This document shows, piece by piece, positions 1 through 11,711 of a stretch of DNA of 64,000 bases. The position numbers and the translations under genes were made by a program. A model generated the notes under the pieces. It saw only the letters and a list, made by a program, of their open reading frames with translations, was not told the DNA's origin and did not search any database. Each line of letters opens with the position of its first letter. Within the stretch, counting starts at the first letter, position 1. The stretch lies in assembly GCA_965267575.1 (NCBI GenBank), contig OZ254086.1, forward strand, positions 2,336,001 through 2,400,000, given 5' to 3'. This DNA is from Calditrichales bacterium (GTDB lineage Bacteria > Calditrichota > Calditrichia > Calditrichales > J004).

Positions 1-240
1 TTGAGCTTGGCTCAGGCAACACTTTTTCGTTGCGGTTTTACTTTTAGCGGTAGCAGTGAATTATTGTATTGATGAAGCGATGAATTGATGGATTAATAGT
101 TCCTTATGAGCTTACAGTAATCCAAAAGCCTGGTAATCGGTTAATTCAACTTGTTCGGCCTGAATAACGTGAGTTTCGTATTACAGATTGTTCAATAATT
201 CAGTAATTTCCCAACTCCTCTAAAAAGCTCAAACATCATA

Positions 241-269
241 TTGACATAATTTAACGGCAGTCTTATATT
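241..269 (+). promoter_or_regulatory. sigma70-type promoter for tRNA-Gln/rplY operon
   Basis: TTGACA (241-246), 17-nt spacer, TATATT (264-269), 26 nt upstream of tRNA-Gln. Confidence 0.75.
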
Positions 270-295
270 AGCTGTCTACGTCTAATGACGGTTGT

Positions 296-367
296 TGGGG
301 TGTAGCCAAGTGGTAAGGCAGCGGGTTTTGGTCCCGCCATTCCTAGGTTCGAATCCTAGCACCCCAG
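296..367 (+). tRNA. tRNA-Gln(TTG), CCA not encoded
   Basis: Acceptor TGGGGTG/CACCCCA, D-loop AAGTGGTAA, anticodon arm GCGGG-TT-TTG-GT-CCCGC, T-loop GGTTCGAATCC. Confidence 0.96.
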
Positions 368-433
368 CTTTTTAATGCAAGCTTCTCATGCTTGCATTTT
401 TTTATGACTATTGAAGTTTTAAGGAGTCCCGAT

Positions 434-1084
434 ATGGCGGAAGTGATGATAACAGCCGAAAAACGCGAAGACCACGGCAAATCCGAGTCGCGCCGTTTGC
501 GCCGTGAAGGCCGTGTTCCCGGCATTTTATACGGATCGGACAAAGAACCGATCCAGCTCTCTTTTGACAAGCTGGAATTGGGTCGTTTACTGCGCCATGA
601 ACACACCATTGTAAAGCTTACCCTCGGCAAAAAAGAGCAGCAAGCTGTAATAAAAGAAGTACAGGTGCACCCTGTTACGGAAGAGTTTGTTCATGTAGAC
701 TTTATGCGTGTTTCTGCCGGACATGAAATCAGGGTTACAGTACCGATTCATGTTGTCGGTAAACCCAAAGGTATTAAGGATGGCGGCATTTTTACGCACA
801 TCAAGAACGAGATATACATTGCCGTATTGCCGCGCTTTATGCCTGAAAATATCGAAATTGACGTCAGCGAATTGGAGCTTGGCGACGCTTTGCGTGTGAA
901 AGATCTTAAAGTCGAAAACATGACTATTCTGGATGAGCAGGAAGAGGTTATCTGCCGTGTGGCTATTCCGCGTCCTGAAGAAGAGGAAGAGCCGGAAGAG
1001 CTTGAAGATGAAGAGGATATGGAGCCTGAAGTTATTACGGCACGCAAAGATGATGAAGAATCTGAAGAAAGTGAAGACGAATAA
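434..1084 (+). CDS. rplY: 50S ribosomal protein L25/Ctc (long form, acidic tail)
   Basis: GKSESRRLRREGRVPGILYG and HVDF motifs; ATG at 434 follows AAGGAG. Confidence 0.95.
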   Translation: MAEVMITAEKREDHGKSESRRLRREGRVPGILYGSDKEPIQLSFDKLELGRLLRHEHTIVKLTLGKKEQQAVIKEVQVHPVTEEFVHVDFMRVSAGHEIRVTVPIHVVGKPKGIKDGGIFTHIKNEIYIAVLPRFMPENIEIDVSELELGDALRVKDLKVENMTILDEQEEVICRVAIPRPEEEEEPEELEDEEDMEPEVITARKDDEESEESEDE

Positions 1085-1090
1085 ACTGCC

Positions 1091-1660
1091 GTGCGTGCGA
1101 TTGTGGGATTGGGCAATCCAGGGCGACGATATGCCGCGACCCGGCACAACATCGGTTATATTCTCGTAGATTACATTGCTGATATTTTTAAAATCCCCTT
1201 TAGCGCTGGCAAAGGGGATTATTATTTTGGATGGATCGAATCGGAAAAGCAGGATGTGTTGTTGCTAAAGCCAACGACCTATATGAATAACAGTGGTCTG
1301 GCACTGCTTCAGATGTTCGCGCAGTTTGATGTCGCTCTTGAAGATAGTTTAATCGTTTATGATGACTTTAACATTCCCTTTGGAAGGCTGCGTTTCCGCG
1401 CCAAAGGTTCGGATGGCGGACACAACGGGATAAAGTCAATTATTTACCATTGCCGCAGTGAAGAATTTGATCGCCTGAAGATGGGTATCGGCAATGGATT
1501 TGATGATGTGGTGGATTATGTTTTGTCGGGTTTTACGACAGAGGAAAGGAAGTATTTACCACAGATTCTGGAAGAAGCTGTAAAAGGTGTTGAAACCTGG
1601 ATTGGGGCGGGCATAGAACCGGCCATGAATCTCCATAACCGTCACGTTTTAAAACAATGA
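1091..1660 (+). CDS. pth: peptidyl-tRNA hydrolase
   Basis: [32 protein letters not shown] motifs; follows rplY. Confidence 0.96.
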   Translation: MRAIVGLGNPGRRYAATRHNIGYILVDYIADIFKIPFSAGKGDYYFGWIESEKQDVLLLKPTTYMNNSGLALLQMFAQFDVALEDSLIVYDDFNIPFGRLRFRAKGSDGGHNGIKSIIYHCRSEEFDRLKMGIGNGFDDVVDYVLSGFTTEERKYLPQILEEAVKGVETWIGAGIEPAMNLHNRHVLKQ

Positions 1661-1670
1661 GGTAGCCACG

Positions 1671-3857
<2,187 letters not shown>

Positions 3858-3879
3858 AAAAAAGATAACCAAAACAAAA

Positions 3880-3929
3880 TCCTGTTCCGGACACAGCGTC
3901 CGGGACCACAAGACCATAGGAGGACTAAT
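3880..3929 (+). promoter_or_regulatory. putative S6:S18 autoregulatory mRNA leader
   Basis: TCCT...hairpin TCCGGAC/GTCCGGG...ACCACAAGACCATAGGAGG directly before the rpsF ATG; same layout as the known rpsF leader (CCR motif plus SD-pairing stem). Confidence 0.65.
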
Positions 3930-4436
3930 ATGGCGATTTACGAGACCGTCGTAATCCTTGACAGCCTGATGGCGCCCAAGGAGATTGACGACAGTGTAGA
4001 GCGCTTCAGTACCCTGATTAAAGATAATGGCGGTAATATCCGCGATATCGACAAGTGGGGTAAGAGGCGTCTGGCTTACGAGATTGAGAAAAAGCAGTAT
4101 GGCTTTTATGTAGCCATCGAATTTGAAGCTCCCGAAGCCAAAAACATTCCTTCCGTGCTGCAGGCGGAATTTAACTACAGCGACAACGTGCTGCGCTTCC
4201 TGACTTACAAATACGACAAGCATAAGCTCGCGGCCATGGCCAAGGAAGCCAAAAAAGTAAGGCCTTCTTCCGAAGAGCCGGAAGCGGACAAGCCTAAAGC
4301 CAAAGCGGCGCCGGCAGCCGCCGAAAAACCTGCAGAGGCTCCCAAAAAGGCGGAAGCTGAAAAACCTGCCGCTAAGGAAGAAGAAGAAAAAGAAACCAGG
4401 CCGGAAACAAAAACTTCTGAAGAAGAAGAAAAGTAA
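3930..4436 (+). CDS. rpsF: 30S ribosomal protein S6 with Ala/Glu/Lys/Pro-rich C-terminal extension
   Basis: [22 protein letters not shown] motifs. Confidence 0.96.
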   Translation: MAIYETVVILDSLMAPKEIDDSVERFSTLIKDNGGNIRDIDKWGKRRLAYEIEKKQYGFYVAIEFEAPEAKNIPSVLQAEFNYSDNVLRFLTYKYDKHKLAAMAKEAKKVRPSSEEPEADKPKAKAAPAAAEKPAEAPKKAEAEKPAAKEEEEKETRPETKTSEEEEK

Positions 4437-4447
4437 GGAGAAGCATT

Positions 4448-4675
4448 ATGTATCGTGGTAGAAGAAGACGTAATTGCCCCTTTACCGAGGCCGGCATTGA
4501 ATACATCGACTTTAAAGATGAAAAACTGCTCAAGAAGTATCTGACCGAGCAGGGCAAAATTATTCCGCGCCATACATCCGGCGCCTGCGCCAAAATGCAG
4601 CGTCAGTTGTCCCGTGCCGTTAAGCGCGCGCGTCACCTGGCTTTGCTGCCATACGTGGCGGACTATACCCGGTAA
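4448..4675 (+). CDS. rpsR: 30S ribosomal protein S18
   Basis: [24 protein letters not shown]. Confidence 0.96.
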   Translation: MYRGRRRRNCPFTEAGIEYIDFKDEKLLKKYLTEQGKIIPRHTSGACAKMQRQLSRAVKRARHLALLPYVADYTR

Positions 4676-4703
4676 CCTTTGAATTAGCAAACAGGATATT
4701 ACA

Positions 4704-5147
4704 ATGAAAGTTATATTGCGAGAAGACCATAAGGGTTTGGGTGAAGCCGGAACGGTTGTTGTGGTTAAGGACGGTTTTGCCAGAAACTTTTTAATCCCGC
4801 AGGGTATCGCCTTTATAGCCAGTGATTCCAATATGAAGCGTTTCGAAAACGAGCAGCAGCTAAAAAGCCGCCGCCGTGAACGCGACAAAATCGCTGCCGA
4901 AGAACTGGCCAAAAAACTGGAAAGCGTTTCCTGCACCATTTCCGTACAGGTTGGCGAAGAAGACAAACTGTTCGGATCCGTTACTGCTCAAAATATTGCA
5001 GACGCCCTCAAGGAGCAGGGCCATGAAATCGACAGAAGGAAAATCCAGCTGGAAGAGCCGATCAAATCACTGGGCATTTACTCGGTGCCGGTTAAGCTGC
5101 ATCCCGACGTCGAATCTTCTGTTAAAGTTTGGGTTGTAAAAGAGTAA
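4704..5147 (+). CDS. rplI: 50S ribosomal protein L9
   Basis: MKVILRED..GLG, VKDGFARNFLIP, KLFGSVT. Confidence 0.97.
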   Translation: MKVILREDHKGLGEAGTVVVVKDGFARNFLIPQGIAFIASDSNMKRFENEQQLKSRRRERDKIAAEELAKKLESVSCTISVQVGEEDKLFGSVTAQNIADALKEQGHEIDRRKIQLEEPIKSLGIYSVPVKLHPDVESSVKVWVVKE

Positions 5148-5153
5148 TTAGGT

Positions 5154-5180
5154 AAAGGCGGGCGTGCCCGCCTTTTCTTT
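5154..5180 (+). terminator. Rho-independent terminator after rplI
   Basis: AAAGGCGGGC-GT-GCCCGCCTTT followed by TCTTT. Confidence 0.8.
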
Positions 5181-5186
5181 AATTTC

Positions 5187-7616
5187 ATGAACTACGCTGA
5201 AGTCGTTTTCAACCTTCCGCTGGACCATTCGTTTACCTATAAACTTCCTCCCGAATACAATTATGCAAAACCCGGTATGCGCGTGCTGGCGCCTTTCGGC
5301 AAACGCAGCATCAGTGGCGTCATAACCGAACTAAAAGACAATACATCGCTTAAAAGCGTACGCCCTATTATAGATGTGCTCGACAACGAACCCTCTGTCA
5401 GCGATAAGATGCTGTCGCTTACGCGCTGGCTGGCCGACTATTACTTGTGCAGCTGGGGCCAGGCTATCCAGTTGGTTTTACCGCGGGGCGCGGACGTATC
5501 CGATGATGAAAATCTGTTTCTCTCCGATGAATTTGACCAGGATGATCTGACGGAGCGCCAGCGCGAATTGCTGTTTTTGATCTCAGAAAATCCCGGAAAG
5601 AGCAAAAGCTATTACAAAAAAAAGATCGGGTCCGGGTCGTTCTATTCCATCCTCAACAGCCTGATCGCAAAAAGCGTGGTGTACAGCGAGTACGTGGAAC
5701 CGCGCTCCCGTGTTGGCAGCCTGATGCGGAAATTTGTGTTTGTGCCTGAGGATTATGACGATCGCAAAAACAAATATGAGGATTTTTTGCGCTACCTGGC
5801 CAAACGTCCGGAAGTGGACGCGCTGCTCCGTGACAATCGCGGAAAAGCAGTATTGCTAAGCACCTTTATAAAGCAAAGTGCAATGGCCCACGCCACTCTG
5901 CAAAAGATGGCTGCCAGGGCTATCGTCCAGATTGAAGAACGCGTTGTGGAGCGCCTGCCGGATGACATCTCATTTAGTGAAAGTACAGGGGAAATCCGTC
6001 TCAATACGGAGCAAAAGGCAGCGCTGCGCCGGGTTCAGTCCAAAATCGTTCAGGGCGGATTTCATTCATTCCTGCTGCACGGCATTACAGGCAGCGGCAA
6101 AACGCAGGTCTATATCGAAATCCTTAAGCTTGTGCGAGAGGCCGGCCGGGGCGGTATCATTCTCATTCCGGAGATTGCCCTTACGCCGCAAACGGTCAGC
6201 CGCTTTGAACGGGCTTTCGAAGAGCAGATCGCCGTTTTTCACAGCCGGATGAGCCCCGGCCAGCGATTTGACGCCTGGCAGGCCTGTAAAAAAGGACAGG
6301 TCAAAATCGCCATCGGGCCACGTTCGGCGCTGTTTGCGCCCATCGATGATCTGGGATTGATTGTTGTGGACGAAGAACACGAAGGCAGCTATAAACAAAC
6401 CGAAAGCGCGCCCACCTACAACGCCCGTGACGTGGCCCTCTACCTGGGACGCATGCACGACGCCCTTGTTCTTTTGGGCTCCGCCACGCCCAGCTTTGAA
6501 TCGTATTATCACGCCAAAAACGGCAAACATAATCTGCTAACCATGCACCGGCGCGCCAAGGATCAGCCTTTGCCGGCCATTACAATCGTGGATATGCGCG
6601 GCCGTCATAATAAAGTATTTTCGAATGTTTTAACGGCAGCGATAGGTGAGCGCTTTAAACGGGGCGAGCAAATCATCCTGCTGCAAAACCGGCGCGGCTA
6701 TTCGGCTTTCCAGCAGTGCCTTACATGCGGCTTTATTGTTAAGTGCAGCGAATGCGATGTAAGCCTTACTTTTCACGCTTATGACAACAAGCTGCGCTGC
6801 CACTATTGCGGTAACAGCCTGCCGGCCATGCACACCTGCGTTAACTGCGGGCGCGAAACGATGGATAACCGTGGTATCGGCACACAGCGTATAGAGCAGG
6901 AACTGGCCGAGCATTTCCCGGATCTTCGTGTTTTGCGCATGGATCAGGACACGACGCGCGGCAAAAATTCTTACGATTCCATCCTCAGTGCTTTCCGTGA
7001 AAAAAAGGCCGACGTGCTGCTGGGAACGCAAATGGTTTCCAAGGGCCTCGATTTTCCCGATGTAACGCTGGTTGGTGTTATCGGGGCCGATATCGGCCTG
7101 GGCATGCCGGATTTCCGGGCTTCGGAGCGCATTTTCCAATTGCTGGCACAGGTGGCGGGACGTGCCGGGCGCGGAGACAAAAAAGGCGAGGTGTTGATCC
7201 AGACCTATCAGCCGGAGCACTATGCCATTGGTTTTGCCAAAACACACAACTTTATTGGCTTTTATGAAGAAGAAATCGGCTTTCGCGAAGAAAATGCCTA
7301 TCCGCCTTTTTGCCGCCTGATTCAGCTTACTTTGTCCGGAGCGAAAATAGGTGATGTAATCGGGCAGGCCCGGTTTCTGGCACGGCAGCTTGCGCGAATG
7401 GCCAGGCCGTATTGTATGGTTGTCGGTCCGGCGCCGGCAGTTATCGGGCGCATGAAAAACCTTTACCGCTGGCAGGTAACCGTTAAACTTAATCCGTCCA
7501 CGGATCCGGCAGGCAAACATACCAAAGCCGTTTTACGCCAGTTGACAGCCCCTTTACTAAAACAGCGCAGCGACAATCTCTTTTTACATATCGATGTTGA
7601 TCCGCTGTGGGCTTAG
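5187..7616 (+). CDS. priA: primosomal protein N' (replication restart helicase)
   Basis: GITGSGKT Walker A, DEEH, SATPS, four CxxC pairs, QVAGRAGR. Confidence 0.96.
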   Translation: MNYAEVVFNLPLDHSFTYKLPPEYNYAKPGMRVLAPFGKRSISGVITELKDNTSLKSVRPIIDVLDNEPSVSDKMLSLTRWLADYYLCSWGQAIQLVLPRGADVSDDENLFLSDEFDQDDLTERQRELLFLISENPGKSKSYYKKKIGSGSFYSILNSLIAKSVVYSEYVEPRSRVGSLMRKFVFVPEDYDDRKNKYEDFLRYLAKRPEVDALLRDNRGKAVLLSTFIKQSAMAHATLQKMAARAIVQIEERVVERLPDDISFSESTGEIRLNTEQKAALRRVQSKIVQGGFHSFLLHGITGSGKTQVYIEILKLVREAGRGGIILIPEIALTPQTVSRFERAFEEQIAVFHSRMSPGQRFDAWQACKKGQVKIAIGPRSALFAPIDDLGLIVVDEEHEGSYKQTESAPTYNARDVALYLGRMHDALVLLGSATPSFESYYHAKNGKHNLLTMHRRAKDQPLPAITIVDMRGRHNKVFSNVLTAAIGERFKRGEQIILLQNRRGYSAFQQCLTCGFIVKCSECDVSLTFHAYDNKLRCHYCGNSLPAMHTCVNCGRETMDNRGIGTQRIEQELAEHFPDLRVLRMDQDTTRGKNSYDSILSAFREKKADVLLGTQMVSKGLDFPDVTLVGVIGADIGLGMPDFRASERIFQLLAQVAGRAGRGDKKGEVLIQTYQPEHYAIGFAKTHNFIGFYEEEIGFREENAYPPFCRLIQLTLSGAKIGDVIGQARFLARQLARMARPYCMVVGPAPAVIGRMKNLYRWQVTVKLNPSTDPAGKHTKAVLRQLTAPLLKQRSDNLFLHIDVDPLWA

Positions 7617-7699
7617 GGCGCATCTTGAATTGTATTTCAGGAATATGTATCCTTTTCAAATTCAGCCCGGGAGCATTTCATCAATCTGAAATGAGCTAA

Positions 7700-8932
7700 A
7701 TGAGTCGTAGATTTGAAAGCAAAAAAGATTCGATCCTGAAAATAAATCGCCTGGTAGAGGAGCTGGAATCGGACAAGGATGCGCAGGAAGCCGTTGTCGC
7801 TTTACGCACCAAATACGAAAACCTGCGCAAAAAATACGATCAGCTTGACAGGGTTTTTTCTTTTCACAAAGGGATTATTCAAAATATATCAGCGGGAATC
7901 GTAACCGTAGACCTGGAAGGACGCGTTACCTTTGCCAATCGTGCGGCGCTGCAGGCCACCGGCTATAAATCCGATGAGATTTTGTCGCGTCCGCTCAGCA
8001 CCGTGTTTGCCGATAAGGAGGAAGGGCAAAACGTTATCAGGCAGATTTTGAATGACAAAAAAATGTTTGAAAGCCGCGAAACGCAACTGGTTTCATCCGA
8101 CGGGCAAAGTATTCCCATAGGTTTTAGTACAACCTTGCTTTACCAGGGAGCGGAAAACAAACCCAGCGGAGTGATTTTTATATTCCGGGATATAAGTGAT
8201 CTGAACAATTTTCGCAAGCAAATGGCACGCATGGATCGTCTGGCTACCCTTGGCGAGCTTTCGGCCGGTATCGCCCATGAGATCCGCAATCCGCTGGCCG
8301 GTATAAAAACCTCGGCCCAGGTGCTGGAAGAAAGTTTCAGCCCCGGCGATTTCCGGTCACAGCTTGTCTCAAGGATCGTTAAAGAGATAGACCGCAGTAA
8401 CAAACTGTTGCAGCGTTTTTTCAACTTTGCCAAGCCCAGCCGTCCAAAGCCGCAGTTTCACAGCCTGGTAAGTATTATTGACGGTGTTTACCTGCTGTTG
8501 GCAAACAGGCTGGCCAAACGTAAAATTCTGTTCGAAATGGAAATCGAGGAGAATCTGCCACCCGTGTTTATCGATGAGAGCCAGTTTGAGCAGGTGATCC
8601 TTAACCTGTTTCTAAATGCCATGGATGCCATGCAGGACGGCGGCAAGATCAAAGTTGCCGCACACATGGAAAACACATCGGCCGAGGGAGACCCGGCCAC
8701 GCGCAAATACGTGCGGGTAGAGGTGCGCGATAACGGCAAAGGAATCGAAGAAAATATGCTTGAACGCATATTCAACCCGTTTTTTACGACAAAAAGTAAT
8801 GGCGTGGGATTGGGCCTGTCCATCACCTCACGCCTGCTGGATGAAAACAATTGTAAAATCGAAGTATCATCCACACCCGGTAAAGGCAGCGTTTTTACCG
8901 TCCTTTTACCCCATGTGGCTGAAGAAGCGTAA
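7700..8932 (+). CDS. cytoplasmic PAS-domain sensor histidine kinase
   Basis: N-terminal coiled coil, PAS, H-box AHEIRNPL, N-box NLFLNAMDA, DNGKG, FFTTK, GLGLS; no TM segment. Confidence 0.93.
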   Translation: MSRRFESKKDSILKINRLVEELESDKDAQEAVVALRTKYENLRKKYDQLDRVFSFHKGIIQNISAGIVTVDLEGRVTFANRAALQATGYKSDEILSRPLSTVFADKEEGQNVIRQILNDKKMFESRETQLVSSDGQSIPIGFSTTLLYQGAENKPSGVIFIFRDISDLNNFRKQMARMDRLATLGELSAGIAHEIRNPLAGIKTSAQVLEESFSPGDFRSQLVSRIVKEIDRSNKLLQRFFNFAKPSRPKPQFHSLVSIIDGVYLLLANRLAKRKILFEMEIEENLPPVFIDESQFEQVILNLFLNAMDAMQDGGKIKVAAHMENTSAEGDPATRKYVRVEVRDNGKGIEENMLERIFNPFFTTKSNGVGLGLSITSRLLDENNCKIEVSSTPGKGSVFTVLLPHVAEEA

Positions 8933-8953
8933 TATTGGCAGGAGTAAGGCGAT

Positions 8954-9319
8954 ATGACCAAGCGGCTTTTGATCGTAGATGATGAAGAGACTCTGACCTT
9001 CAGTCTTTATCAAAGCTTTATTTTATCGGACAAGGATTATGAAGTGGTAACGGCGGATTCCGGAGAGGAAGCGCTTAAGCGTATCCGCGAACAGACTTTC
9101 GACCTGGTGATCACGGATATTTTTATGCCCGGCATTACCGGAGTAGAGCTGCTCAGGCGCATTAAGCAGGAGTGGCCCACCACGGAGGTGATTATTATGA
9201 CGGCCTATGGCTCCGAGGCAAAAAAAGATGAAGTGGAGGCTATGGGAGCCCGCTATTATTTCGAAAAGCCTTTTGAAATAAAAGAATTCAGACAAAAAGT
9301 ATTTGATATTTTAGGATAA
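8954..9319 (+). CDS. single-domain response regulator
   Basis: LLIVDDE, ITDIFMP phospho-Asp, MTAYG, EKPF; no output domain. Confidence 0.93.
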   Translation: MTKRLLIVDDEETLTFSLYQSFILSDKDYEVVTADSGEEALKRIREQTFDLVITDIFMPGITGVELLRRIKQEWPTTEVIIMTAYGSEAKKDEVEAMGARYYFEKPFEIKEFRQKVFDILG

Positions 9320-9320
9320 A

Positions 9321-9962
9321 ATGGCGCTTGTCGGAAACTTAAAAGATTTAAAACTTCCCAGTTTGATTCAATTAAACTGCATGGAAAGAAACAATGCCAA
9401 GCTTACCATTGAGCGTGGCGGCAAATACGGCTTCATCTATTTTGAAGACGGGCAGGTAACGCACGCCGAGTTCGATCCGCACATTGGTGAAGAGGCGGTC
9501 TATGACCTGCTAACGCTTTTTGATGGCAAATTCAAGGTAGAGAACGATGTCCGCCCGCCCGTACGCACAATCCACACCAGTTGGAGCAATTTGCTGTTGG
9601 AGGGCCTGCACAAGCTTGATCACGCGCAGGATGAGCCCGAAAGCAAACACCGCAACATGTTTGAACGGATGCTCACTTTGAAGGGCGTGCAGGGCGTGGC
9701 ACTGGTTGACGAAAAAGGTAAGATAGTAGACAGCACCACCGATGGTACGCGTGATCTGCCCAGCGTTGCTTTTATTATGCTGCAGGCTGATAAAATAGGC
9801 GCTTTAACCGAAAACGGCGCGACGGAGTACGTGAGCATTCTTATGCCGGGCAAGCGCTATATGATGGTGCATTATGCCAAAAAATTCGTTTTGATCATAC
9901 TCGATCCCAAAGTAAAGAGTGATACAATCCTTCCACTTATAAAACAGGCTCTTGGACATTAA
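9321..9962 (+). CDS. DUF4388 (PatA-N/PATAN-like) domain fused to roadblock-like domain
   Basis: LVGNLKDLKLPSLIQL...GFIYFEDGQVTHA...GEEAVYDLL...LLLEG; C-terminal LTLKGVQGVALVDEKG resembles roadblock/LC7. Confidence 0.75.
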   Translation: MALVGNLKDLKLPSLIQLNCMERNNAKLTIERGGKYGFIYFEDGQVTHAEFDPHIGEEAVYDLLTLFDGKFKVENDVRPPVRTIHTSWSNLLLEGLHKLDHAQDEPESKHRNMFERMLTLKGVQGVALVDEKGKIVDSTTDGTRDLPSVAFIMLQADKIGALTENGATEYVSILMPGKRYMMVHYAKKFVLIILDPKVKSDTILPLIKQALGH

Positions 9963-9963
9963 T

Positions 9964-10404
9964 ATGAGTACAATTGATAACTGGCTGGATGAGATCCTTA
10001 AAGTGCCGGGGACAGATGGCGTATTTGTTGCCACAGGCCGGGGCAAAGTGGCGATAAAAAAAGCCGTGCCCTACAAAGAAAAGGAACTGGAAGAACTGTC
10101 CATGCGGGTTCTGCGCATGATTGCCGTTTTTGGCGACCAGGATGATAAGATCAATGAAGTGGAGATTGCCTGGAAAAACCATGTGGTAATTTGCAAGGTG
10201 TCCAATAATATCCTGCTGATTACTTTTTGTAAAAGCCCGCAGGTGTTGTCGTTATTGCGTATAACGCTCAATGTCTCATTATCACACTTGTTACAGGAAA
10301 AGAAAATAATTAAGATGGCGCGTAGTCACGTTACGGATCGCAATATCGTTTTGCGTCGCGGTAACTTTGATGAACAGGAAATGAGCCTTCTTACCAACTT
10401 ATAG
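9964..10404 (+). CDS. roadblock/LC7-like (MglC-like) protein
   Basis: LDEILKVPGTDGVFVATGRG and LSLLRITLN pattern; context of the mglAB operon. Confidence 0.6.
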   Translation: MSTIDNWLDEILKVPGTDGVFVATGRGKVAIKKAVPYKEKELEELSMRVLRMIAVFGDQDDKINEVEIAWKNHVVICKVSNNILLITFCKSPQVLSLLRITLNVSLSHLLQEKKIIKMARSHVTDRNIVLRRGNFDEQEMSLLTNL

Positions 10405-10463
10405 GCGGAAAAAGCTTAACTTTTTGGTTTTATTACCGTTAAGAGGCACAATAAGGTTCGAAG

Positions 10464-10952
10464 GTGGCAGCAATTCGCAAAAATTTTATATCACATCCAC
10501 AGGTTGTTTACAAAAAATCGGAGATCAAATCGGCCACAGGTCTGAATTTGAGGTCCGCCGAGTGGGCCGTGCTCACGCAGGTAGACGGCCTGCAGACGTT
10601 ATCCGAGATCGCCGCCACATTATCCATGAGCGCAAAAGAAGTGGCGCGTATTATGTACACGCTTTTCCAGCATGAGTTGGTAATAATTCACAGCGCGCAC
10701 AAAAAAGAGGAAAGTTTTGTAAGCCCGCGTTTTTTTGAAGACATTCAAACCAATCTTACGATGATCATCGGCCCTGTGGCGCCTTATGTGATCGATGACG
10801 TTTTGCAGGAAATGAATTTGGGTAAATTGAAATTCCCTTTGGACAAAGCCGCGGAATTTATCGAAAATGTAAGCGATGAGATTGAAGACGATCAAAAAAA
10901 GATTATTTTCCAGAGCCGCATGCTGGAGTATTTAAAGAAGGCGGAATACTAA
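10464..10952 (+). CDS. winged-helix plus helical-domain hypothetical protein
   Basis: EWAVLTQVDGLQTLSEIAATL...LFQHELV (wHTH-like), followed by an IIGPVAPYVIDDVL helical domain; GTG start uncertain. Confidence 0.6.
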   Translation: MAAIRKNFISHPQVVYKKSEIKSATGLNLRSAEWAVLTQVDGLQTLSEIAATLSMSAKEVARIMYTLFQHELVIIHSAHKKEESFVSPRFFEDIQTNLTMIIGPVAPYVIDDVLQEMNLGKLKFPLDKAAEFIENVSDEIEDDQKKIIFQSRMLEYLKKAEY

Positions 10953-10955
10953 AAT

Positions 10956-11693
10956 ATGATAAGTTTAAGATGGAAAATAAGCGGCATACTTGTGTTTAGT
11001 AACCTGCTGCTTGGGCTCATTCTTGTTATTATAATAAACCGTACGGTAGCAGAAAAAATCGAAACGGAGCTGATAGAGCGCGGCAGGACAATTGGAACAA
11101 ACCTGGCCACTTACGCATCAGAAAGCATATTAAGCGAAGATGTGGTGGGGCTGCGCCAACTTATTACAAGTGCCTTAAGCTTTGAGAGTGTTTCTTATCT
11201 GCTGATTCAAAACAGCGAAATGGAAATACTTGCCGAGACATTTAACGGTCAGGTTCCGGATGAGTTGAGGACGCTTTTGAGTTCAGAGCCGGGAGATCAG
11301 CCCGTACCGGTTTTTATCAGCCAGGAAGATCAATATTGTTATGATATCAGTGTGCCGGTGGAGGAAGGATATCTGGGCTATGTGCATGTTGGCATGCGCC
11401 AGGCCTATATAGAGGAAACGGTAAGTGAGATCACCTATCTGATCGTTGGGATTATTGCCGGACTGACTTTGGTTGGCATAGTTGTTGTGTTATTTCTTGC
11501 AAATCGCATAATAACACCTATAATTTATTTAACACAAAAAGCAAATGATATCAGCCAGGGCAAGCTTGATACGAAGGTGAGTGTAGAGACGCGTGATGAG
11601 ATTCAGCATCTGGGCGAGGCATTGGAAAGGCTGCGTGAAAGCGTGAAGATGGCCCTGGAACGTCTTCAAAAAAGACAATCGACGCGAATATAA
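10956..11693 (+). CDS. membrane sensor with two TM helices, periplasmic domain and HAMP, no output domain
   Basis: TM near residues 7-27 and 160-182, HAMP PIIYLTQKANDISQG...DEIQHLGEALERL; protein ends shortly after HAMP. Confidence 0.8.
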   Translation: MISLRWKISGILVFSNLLLGLILVIIINRTVAEKIETELIERGRTIGTNLATYASESILSEDVVGLRQLITSALSFESVSYLLIQNSEMEILAETFNGQVPDELRTLLSSEPGDQPVPVFISQEDQYCYDISVPVEEGYLGYVHVGMRQAYIEETVSEITYLIVGIIAGLTLVGIVVVLFLANRIITPIIYLTQKANDISQGKLDTKVSVETRDEIQHLGEALERLRESVKMALERLQKRQSTRI

Positions 11694-11711
11694 ACCAAGA
11701 TGGAGTAACGT

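Noticed and set aside
392..433. Upstream extensions given by the ORF track (rplY 392, pdaD 15067, GT2 31027, sulfatase 45340, TPR sensor 56667)
   Set aside because: Downstream ATGs have SD-like sequences and match family N-termini or signal peptides
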